From NCBI GenBank assembly GCA_036172245.1, contig JAYWIR010000001.1:6324001-6388000 (forward strand): a stretch of 64,000 nt of DNA, given 5' to 3'. Positions 26,281 through 35,248 of the stretch are shown here, piece after piece; the stretch's first letter is position 1, and every line of letters begins with the position of its first letter. The stretch is from Raillietiella orientalis (taxonomy: Eukaryota). The notes under the pieces were generated by a model. That model ran no database searches. It saw only the letters and a program-made list of their open reading frames with translations, and was not told where the DNA came from. A program made the position numbers and the translations under genes.

Positions 26281-27350
26281 TCATATTTGGTTTCTTCTGC
26301 GTAAGGGAACATGTAAAGCTAATGCAAAAGTTATTAACAGAACAGTCATCAATATTAATGCTATAGTGTAGCCTATTGTAATTTGCTCAAATAACTGTAA
26401 CCATGCATACCAAAGGCCAAGCAACAAAAGAAGGAATAATGGTAGCAATAGGCCACCCAAATCAAATTCAAGCTCATGAACAACATGAGGTCTTAAAAGT
26501 GAATTGCTGTTGGAAGAATTAGTAGGTAATGTTACTATTTGACAATGCACTATACATCCTTCACATAGGCCATGTTGTTTTAAACTGCGATTCTCATCTC
26601 TTAATAACTGTCCTTGGAAAATTAGGCGAACACATCTATTCATGGCTAAGTCTGATGAAAAGTGTCTCCTAGAAAATAATGTACATTATTCAAGCATTAT
26701 TGTTTACAAATTCAACACATAACTTAATGTAATTATGAATATCAGCTAATATGAGAAGTTACAAGATGCAATAAGTAAATCTTACTCCAGGCAATCAGTG
26801 AATCATATGTTTACCTCTTGAAATCCTTTAACGATTCTTCAAGAAATCCATCAACCACTTTAAGAGAATCATTAAGGAATTTAATTCGAACTTTTATTCT
26901 CTGTAACTTATTGGAATTACTACCAGTCTGTTCCACTGGAAAATGAGAATTCATTGATTGTTCATTTTGAAATTCCTGAGTCCTACTATTTGTAATGCTA
27001 ATGGTATTATTCTGTAGGATTTGCTCTTCATTTGAAGGAGTAAATACTTGTTGACATGATGATGAAGAGTTTTCTTGAACTGGCAATTGTGAATTACACA
27101 CTTGCAAATGTGCATCTTCACTCCTAACATTTTCTATGCCATTGTCTGAATGTCTTTGATCTCGGTACACATCTTCATGACTCTCAGAAACTAAATTCCT
27201 ATTCTGAGAACCAGTTTCACTTCTTTCTCTTTCTACTTCACGAAAATTGGTCACTCTTGTTGAAGCCCATGCTGTGAATGCGATAATAGATAGAAAAATA
27301 GCAATTCCTGTATAAATGACCTCAACTCCTATCCCTTCAATTGCAAACAT
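26281..27350 (-). CDS. TMUB: Transmembrane and ubiquitin-like domain-containing protein (TMUB1/2 family), 2 exons, 307 aa
   Basis: Exons 27350-26815 and 26668-26281. N-terminus IEGIGVEV plus a TM helix ending AWAST; UBL domain IKVRIKFLND...VRLIFQGQLLRD...IVHCQI; two C-terminal TM helices. Confidence 0.9.
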
Positions 27351-27540
27351 ATCTTACATATCACGAATCATGAAAACTAACATAAATGGTGTCATCAGTG
27401 GTAGATATTATCAATTCTCATTCCCCATCACTCATTATTCATGTTTTCATTCCATTTTCTGCGTTTCACAAAAACAGCAAAATAATATTTTCCTACATCA
27501 CAATAGAAACGCCAGGCGTACTGAATCAGCTGTTACAAAG

Positions 27541-27548
27541 TGACGTCA
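27541..27548. promoter_or_regulatory. CRE palindrome upstream of TMUB
   Basis: TGACGTCA ~190 bp upstream of the TMUB ATG. Confidence 0.4.
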
Positions 27549-29131
27549 TAAAAATGGTAAGCATGAGCAAACATCGTCAAGATTTGGAAAAATCTAAATT
27601 TATTAACTCCACGGAAATAAAACCTGAATCATTATTGAAAACAAAAAGAGTATTTGAAAAAACACGAGTATTCCCATTTTTCCATAAACCAGTAGATCTC
27701 CATTCACAATAATATTTAAAGAGAGGATTAACACGTCTGAATACATCTAAAAGATGCAATACTAAGAAATTGTGAAGAGAAAAAACTTTGGAATATAAAC
27801 ACTAGCATGTAATAGTATGCCATGAATAGGAAATGATGTTGATAGTTTACTAAAAGAATCTTTAAAAATCAAAACTTTGATTATTATATAACTTGGATAT
27901 TAATTTGGATTCATCCCGATAGACAATAAATCAGTCCAAACAGAATTATTTTCTCAAATATGAAAAAACAATTCAAAAAGCATTGTGTTATAACTGTTAT
28001 TGTCCATGATTCCATTGTTTTTGTTCCTTTTTACATTTTTCCCAAAGAACAAATAAGAATGATTCCACGTTGATTTGGTCTTTTCATTTCTGGTATTACT
28101 TTTATGGAATCTCCTGCACAAGCGGATTAAACCAATATGGAAAAATAGCAATAGATACTAAGTGTCTTTTTTCTCAAGAGTAAAAGATACCCAGAGACTC
28201 GGGAATGCACACAGATGAAAAGAAGCCACTTGATTCACAAAACCCAAGAATAAAACGCCGATATGGAGGTGTAAGTCAGTTCCACAGCATTTTTAGGGAT
28301 GTAATATAAACATTAATTAACAGTTGCTGAACTGAAACGACAGTTTCGATGAACCTTGCGTTCAAAATGAATCTCTATGAATAACTAAAAATCTTTTATA
28401 TTCCATTACTGCACTGAATCTCCGTAATATTTCAGTAAGAATTCACAATTCCTTTCCTCATTTTTTGTGATAGAAAAGTGGCGACAAGAATTTTTGAGGG
28501 TAGCAGAAGAGTTCATGTTAACTGAAAGAAAAAATGATCCCTAGAAATGTATTTCAATAAGGTTATTCTCATGAATATTAAATGACTATGGAATGTGCAA
28601 ATTAGTTCATATTCATTATAAGATTGATTTTAAATTCATTATAGGATGAATCATGGTGTTCATCGTAAATCTTGGAATACAAACTCTACATGTAATCGAA
28701 TTTGTAAGGCTGGCATGAAATTCCAATTGTTGTCACAATGGTTCCATTGAAAACAACGATCACTAGCATGTAATAGTATCACACAGGAGCTCTTTTTCTC
28801 CATTGCAGTAGGGAAAATGCTGTCCAGGAATCCGCAAAATGAACCGAGCAGTTGTTTCCTTAAAGAATTGTATGCAGCTACATTACAGAATTGTTCATTT
28901 TGTTTCTCTCGAAATCCAATGCACGATAAAGTGATTATGCCAACTATGTTTATGGGCTGAGCTGAATCATTATCATAAAATATAGTTTGTTTTGCACGTG
29001 CAACCTTAGTATGTCTTTCGTTACTTGTTCTACTGTTTTGGAAAAATGTCACTTTGCGTAGCATTCATCCAAAGTTTTCCTTCGAGCAAAGAGCTCAAAT
29101 GAATATGATCACTTGAAGTTATGCGTAGTAT

Positions 29132-29188
29132 AACGAATTAAATAAGGAATAACCATACTATGCATGGTTGCTCCTTATTTAATTCGTT
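29132..29188. repeat. 57-nt near-perfect hairpin
   Basis: AACGAATTAAATAAGGA / TCCTTATTTAATTCGTT form a perfect 17-bp stem, followed by one mismatch, one G-T pair, AACCAT/ATGGTT and a 7-nt loop. Confidence 0.85.
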
Positions 29189-29668
29189 TTGATTTCACTT
29201 ATGACACTGATGAGCCAAGTAGTAATCAGAACAGAATAGCTCTCTTCTCCACAGAAAGCATACTAGGTATGGAACTGATGTATAAACATTCTATACAGAA
29301 AGAAACTGTATATCTACACATATTCGGAGCTTTGAAAACATTCGTTCAAGGTCCGAGAATTTCATGAGGTTAATCTTCATGGTGTGGAAAAAATCTGCAT
29401 TCACAATTTCATTTAACAAGATAAATAAAATCAGTCGCCCATCATTTAGCAAACCTCAGTTATGGGAACCATCAGAATGATCCGGAAACATTCAAGGTTG
29501 TTAAAATGCAGATGTACATTAGGAATGAGGAATTTCCAATTAAGATCAAGGTATTTTGATTTTCTCAGATTCAATTCGCATGGAAAGACGTTCTCCATAG
29601 TAAGCGAAATGGGCATTATTGAGAAAGAAAAAAAAAACTTCAATTTATGGGACTCCTCGATCGAGTCA

Positions 29669-29775
29669 ACGACACGAAGATTTTCATGGATGACTTGAAG
29701 AAAGTATATGTGTCTTCGAGCAAAGAAACCGCTGAAAATTACTTGTTCGAGCTGGAAGAAAAATGGGGACAAAAG
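29669..29775 (+). pseudogene. IS256-family transposase fragment, bacterial (Wolbachia-like)
   Basis: Frame from 29671 reads DTKIFMDDLKKVYVSSSKETAENYLFELEEKWGQK, matching the IS256 motif F..DLK.IY.A.S.E.A...L..LEEKW..KYP. Confidence 0.75.
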
Positions 29776-29776
29776 T

Positions 29777-29903
29777 TTTGATAGAAACATAAATTCAGAT
29801 TATCATGCAGTATCAAAACCCATCTAGAGAATTCCAGATGTACTGAAAGCAGCTCCTATCACCAATGATCAAGTCATTTTTGCAGCAAATGGTAGAATTG
29901 CAG
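29777..29903 (+). pseudogene. Fragment resembling the lipoprotein-releasing ABC permease LolC/E periplasmic region (Wolbachia-like), with an internal stop
   Basis: FDRNINSDYHAVSKPI*RIPDVLKAAPITNDQVIFAANGRIAG. Assignment is from recalled alphaproteobacterial LolC/E sequence. Confidence 0.5.
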
Positions 29904-30150
29904 GCACCACAAAAATTGAACTCAGTTATTGCAGAAATGAGAAAAGCCAGCAGCCTCGCCAAATAGCGAGGAAAAATGGAATGCAACAAACAAATATACA
30001 AAAGATATCACAGAACTTGCTATGCAAGGAAAGCTTGATCCCGTGGTTGGTCGTGATGAAGAGATAAGAAGAACTATGCAGGTACCACTGAGACGAGCAA
30101 AGAATAATCCAACGCTGATAGGTGAACCCGGTGTTGGAAAAACTGCAATC
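29904..30150 (+). pseudogene. clpB: Bacterial ClpB fragment (N-domain linker to AAA1 Walker A), frameshifted
   Basis: [16 protein letters not shown], a frameshift, then [65 protein letters not shown]. The ClpB/C signature [33 protein letters not shown] is present with decay substitutions. Confidence 0.92.
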
Positions 30151-31414
30151 CCTAAAATTTGTGGGATTCCTCGACTGAGTCATTCCATTAAGAATGACAC
30201 TGAGTTTTCAGGTTGAAATTCTATGAAAATGGCAGCTTTTTCCTGTGGACACAACCTTCTTGATGAGCAGGGAGTAATTTGTATCCTGAAATTTCCCTGA
30301 AAACTTCTGCAGCGTGGTTTCTTAGAGACATCCCTTTTGAAGAATAGAAAGCAAATTTGCAAAGCGCATCTCAGGATTAATTTTTTTTTCTTGTTCATCA
30401 GTCTGCAGATTCGTCTGAAGCCCAGGTTGGACGCCACGGTTTATGGGGAAAGAAAAAATTCGTTCACGTCCTTTTCCCTCCATCGCTTGCGTGTGTCACC
30501 CGTGTGATGTAACCGATCTGTGGATCTCCGCGGACCTCGGCTTACACCACGAGGGCTGCTCAAGAGGGTAATTGATTTACTGTTGGGCAGGGCCGTTTGC
30601 TCCCCCCTCCACCAAAACTTCAGCTCGAGTCCATGCACGGGGCATGCCCTCAATTACCGAGACAAGATGATCGTTTCGTCACTTTCGAGTGTACCCAACC
30701 CGATATGCTCGCCGCCTACCCCGTAAGCCCTATGCAGACCCGTTTTTGCGAGGAGCACTTTACCCAACGGAACTGCTGAAGGAGAGGAAATGAGTGTTCA
30801 TGAATTACGACCGACCTCATGGAAGCTCCCAATGCATCCGCTGCAACGTGTAGAGCTTAAATATACAGCAACCTTCCCCCCCCTCCCCCCCACGCCAGCG
30901 ACAGCACAACGGATTTTCTTTTTCTCTCCCCCCCCCTTCCGCTGAAGAGACCCACTTTGTACGGAAAATGTGTGGTCCCCAGAACATATGTATACGGAAA
31001 ATGCTCCAGTGCACAACACATTCGATAATAGGGCGATTCCCCCCCCCCCACTGGCTGCGGTAAATCCGAGTTTAAAAAAGTTGTCTTCAAAGCCCGACCG
31101 GGATCTCAACTTGGCCAGGAATTGCTGGGGTCCACACAGCATGTGTTTTTGCGTTTGGCTTCCCCACGTCCAGGCACGTAACGGTTGAACGTAGAGTTTC
31201 AAACATGGTAGGGTCGGAGGAGGAGGAGGAATTTTTTTTTTTTCCCCTCTCTTTCTCTCTTACATCCCCCCCTCCCCCTCCCTTCCCTCCATTTTTTTGA
31301 AAGTTTTTTTCGTTTTGCGTTTTGTCATCATGCCGAGCGTAGAATACGTTTTATTAACTGGCGGGAGACAAATGCCCCCACCAATGCAAGCATGTTGTGT
31401 CTGATTTAAGGAAC

Positions 31415-34400
31415 ATGGGCGAAGTTGAAATCCTATCAGAGATTGTTCCCGCCCTGTATTTGGGATGTGAAGAAGATGCACTGTCCGAGAGTCAAATCAG
31501 AGCAATTAAGAATTCACGTGCACAGTTCAACAAGTTTCAGACCCTCTTGAAACTCACGTATTTACAAAAGGATGATAAACTCAAAGTGGAAACTTGTTCA
31601 GCGAAAAGTTCTGTAGAAGTAAGAGTACTTTGTGATTCCTAATAATAACATTCTTATGTATAATGTCTCTAGGAAGGAGAAAGTCTCAGTGATAGTGGGA
31701 TACTTTGCCATCTCCTGAATGCTTCTGGTACGTTTTCTTTTAATCCTCAATCACCATGTGCTTGGTTCTCTTGCAATTTAAAGCGAAACCAAGTATCATA
31801 CAAAGAATGGGCATTCGATTTTAGATTCAGAAAGCCTCGTAGTTTGTGTTTTTGTGGTGCTTCTGTTCTTGTATGTTTCGCACTCCCGTTGTAATCGTAT
31901 CGTGTTCGAAAAATGATGAAAAATTAGAAAAGTCAGTTGAAAATAGAAAGCAGTGCTTCAACAAACTGTTTCTGTTTCATATCAGGACAATCCAAAAATT
32001 CAGCACCTTCACAGCTGTTGAGTTCTCATACAGGAAGTGGGAGAACACTCTCAACCAATATGGTAAATAATCTGAAATTTGATTCTTTGTATTTTGTATT
32101 GCTAGCCTGCATTGATTAAAATTAAATCAAAAGAACAAAAATCTGCAGTTTCTTTGTCCAATGTTAAACTTCTAAACCCCACTGTCACTCTTCCTACTTC
32201 TGGTGAAGTATCTGTTCTGAAACCCATTTCATCTTCAGCACAGAAAGGTAGCTGAATAATTTGTTGCAATATGTAATGTACTAAAGGAATATTGGCAGTG
32301 TACGTGCATTCACCTCATCAAGTGTACATTAATGTAGCTAATGCTCCACCGCTGTCATCAAACCTGGCAGTTTTATTAAAGGAATGCCCAATCCTGCTTA
32401 CCACACCCAGAGCACAGAAGATGGCTTCTGGAGATTCCACTTCTCGTCGAACTGAGCTTGGTGAATACAAGCCTTGTGAACTCACTTTCACATAATTTTG
32501 CTGCATAGATGCCTTCATTAAGAGTAAATTGGCATACAAGCCAGATCAGCTAGTGGAGTGGTTACTGAAATCAGGCCTCATCCGAAGCAAACATCGCTGT
32601 CCAGATCATGGCCGTTACATGCAGTTGGGATGGCAGCAACAGTCCATGGAGGACAATGGCAACTATGTTTGGATGGCCAAGTGCTGCTCCCAGCAACTAT
32701 CAGTATTTCAAGGCTCCCTGTTTGAAGCTGTCAAGACATCACCCAAAAATGTCATCAAAATGATATATCATTGGGCTTGTCAGACACCTGCTACAAATGT
32801 TTCCTCGTGGGTGGGCATTCCCTTGCCAGAGATTGCGCATTTTTATATTGTGATGCGATCCGTGTGCTCCCGTTCTCTTCAAGAATTGCTTCCCAAGCTA
32901 GGTGGTCCTGGGTGTTGTGTAGAGCTAGGATTCTTTACTTTGGGATGCACAAGTGCTGAGAAAGGTCGCCAGCGCAAAGTGGATATATTGGGCTTGTATG
33001 ATCGTACTTCTGGTGTGTACCGATTCTGTGCAGTTTCCCCAATTGCCTATGAGAGCTTGCAGAGCATTGCACCATTGCTTCTGCATTTGCCCAGGCTACT
33101 CAAACCTGGATCCATTATTTCTATTGATCCATCTTTGCACCGAGATGCATTGCAGAGCTATGTTTCAAAGTTAGCCCTCACAGTGAGAGAGTCTCCAGCT
33201 CATATCCTCCCAGCCAATCGAGCCAATGCAACAATTATGACTTATTTGACAAAAGTTATACCACGTATCTTTCAATACAATTTGGGTACACTCACCATCG
33301 ATGATATCCAATCTTTTCTTGATGAGCTGTCCTGGAGAGAGCAGTGGGGATTTTTGCCTGCTGATTCATACTTCAATATAGTGGATCAAGTAGCTAACTA
33401 CATGCGCACCAATCAAGGTGATTTTGTCATGTTTTTCTGGTAAAGAAAGTGCATATTCAGATTTGGGTCCAACAGTAGTTACAGTAGAGCAGAAGCCAAA
33501 TGCAGAACTGACAATCAGTGCTGTCATAAAAGAAAAAGGTGATGTTAAACTATCCAACCACCAAAACTCATCCCGACATGTCCAAATGAAGGTAAATGTA
33601 GAAGACTTTCTAACTCATTGCACTTGTGTTAGACTTTGGTTCCAGTTCATCCAGGAACAAAGAAACGAGTGGCTAGTGGTAGCAGTCCCATGAATCCATC
33701 CAAGCGACCTTTATTGAATCCATCCATCAGTTTGAGTTCTTGTGCTAACCTGGCACCTTCTGTTGAGACTGTGGCACTGGAATCTTATTATTATGGCACA
33801 ATGCCGGGTAGGGAAAATCAGGCAGTGGAATGCTTTGGCCCCTTTAAGGTAAGAGTGAAATCACAGAAGCTTCCTCAGAATTTGCCTCCTGTAGTGCCAC
33901 CTCTGCTCCAAACCTTTCACCAATAACATCCAGTTTATGTATCATATCCTACGTCATCTGGAAAGTTCTCACTCTTGCACTACTCAGTTGGGTCAGCTTA
34001 CCCAGTGTCGCTATTGTTTAGATACTTTTGCTACACCATATGCTATGCAGTGCCACATTGAGGAGCGGCATGAAGGCCGTGGTTTCATTTGCCGTATCTG
34101 TGAAGTGACCTTCAAAGAGAAGCATTTACTGTTTACACACATGAATGCTGTCCACGTGGCACTTGAGTTACCTTATGTGTGCCACCTGTGCTCATACCGT
34201 TCTTCACAACATTGTCAGGTGATAGATCACTTCCAGGAAATGCATAGTGGCTCGGATGTACTTCAGTGTCATCTCTGTTTGAAATTAATCAAAGCTCACA
34301 CGCCATATCATTTCATAAGCCATTTACAGGTAGGTCTTAAAAGCTGAGGTTTTCCCTTATGATGTGTTTTTCAGCGTCATAGTCTCAGGAAAAAAGAGAG

Positions 34401-35223
34401 TAATCGGTATAGGTGCCGGCGCTGTTGTTTGAGATTCCTGAGTGAATGTGACATGAAAGATCATCAAAAGCACCATGCAAGTATGAAGTTTGCCCCTGGT
34501 GTGATTCCTTGCAACGAGCATGACCCCATATTGATGCCCCATCCTCTTGCTGAAAGTGCTGCTCAGGTTCCAGCACCACTACCACCACAGCAGCCTCCAG
34601 TGGTTCATTCTTTGTATTATAAGGTGTGTTCTCTCGAGCATGTGCACCTGCTTCGTCAGGAGACGTTTACATGTTGTGAATGTGGTCAGGTGACAGATAG
34701 TAAAAATCACTTTAACGCTTTATGGAGTTGTGCCCATTGCTGTTATCAGACTAGCTGTCACCTTTCTGTGACCAGGCATGTGACTCTTTGGCACAGCAGT
34801 AAGAAACTGCAATCCCGACAGTTTAATAATCTGTTCCCCTCCCCTATGTATTGTGTCTGTGGTTTCCACAGCTCCTCCGGTGATGCTTTGAGCAAACATT
34901 TAGTGTATTGTGGTAGAAAGACTTGTTATTCCAGCGAGTTGCATGTGCATGAAGCAACAAAACTTCATTCGGCCACGTTTCCACCTTTGGTGACTTTAGA
35001 TGAAACAGACGACCCCAGCAGCGAGTGGCTGAAGGCATTTTATGCTCCCAAGGAGCCATTGGGCAAGCAAAAATCCAAATCTGCTTCATCACTGAGCAAC
35101 GAGGAGTCGCCAGATGTGTTGAACCAGCTAGGATTGGTACGCAAGCCTCACGAGGAGGAGAGCACGATCGGTCGCCTGCTGGATAAAATACTGATGCAAG
35201 TCGAGTGCCAGTTGGAGAAATAA
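31415..35223 (+). CDS. POGZ/ZNF280-family (Row-like) C2H2 zinc-finger chromatin protein with an internal Merlin/IS1595-like transposase-derived domain (10 exons, 1063 aa)
   Basis: Exons 31415-31618, 31673-31727, 31986-32062, 32106-32247, 32287-32460, 32509-33417, 33461-33591, 33633-33848, 33895-34329 and 34375-35223, all phase-consistent. LYLGCEEDALSESQ resembles POGZ LFMECEEEELEPWQ; ESYYYG resembles DDFYYG; CHLCSKPFTNNIQFMYHILRH resembles [21 protein letters not shown]; also CRYCLDTFATPYAMQCHIEERH and ELPYVCHLCSYRSS. Confidence 0.88.
32509..33417 (+). other. Exon 6 of the POGZ-like gene: domesticated Merlin/ISXO2 (IS1595-family) transposase-like domain
   Basis: EWLLKSGLI..CPDH...W..KCC..LSVFQGSLFE, an HTH-like segment, KLGGPGCCVELG (Merlin IGGPG..VEIDES), ILGLYDR, LKPGSIISID (I.PGS.I.SD) and IQSFLDELSWRE (L..YLDEF.WR). 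Confidence 0.75.
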
Positions 35224-35248
35224 AAATATGGAGACACTGGGTCAATCT

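Larger units (their letters stand above)
29642..30182 (+). repeat. 27-bp imperfect direct repeat flanking the bacterial-like insert
   Basis: AATTTATGGGACTCCTCGATCGAGTCA (29642-29668) versus AATTTGTGGGATTCCTCGACTGAGTCA (30156-30182), 23/27 identical. Confidence 0.75.

Noticed and set aside
29190-29390. MULE transposase remnant (NRIALFSTE ... EVNLHG)
   Set aside because: Similarity is faint and split across frames, with no DGTF motif.
30022-30216. Functional ClpB gene
   Set aside because: Only ~80 codons of similarity, frameshifted, with substitutions at conserved residues, and homology ends at Walker A.
30630-30779. THAP domain (TRFCEEHF)
   Set aside because: Only the CxxHF motif matches. 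The N-terminal C-x-C, FP, W and AVP elements are missing.
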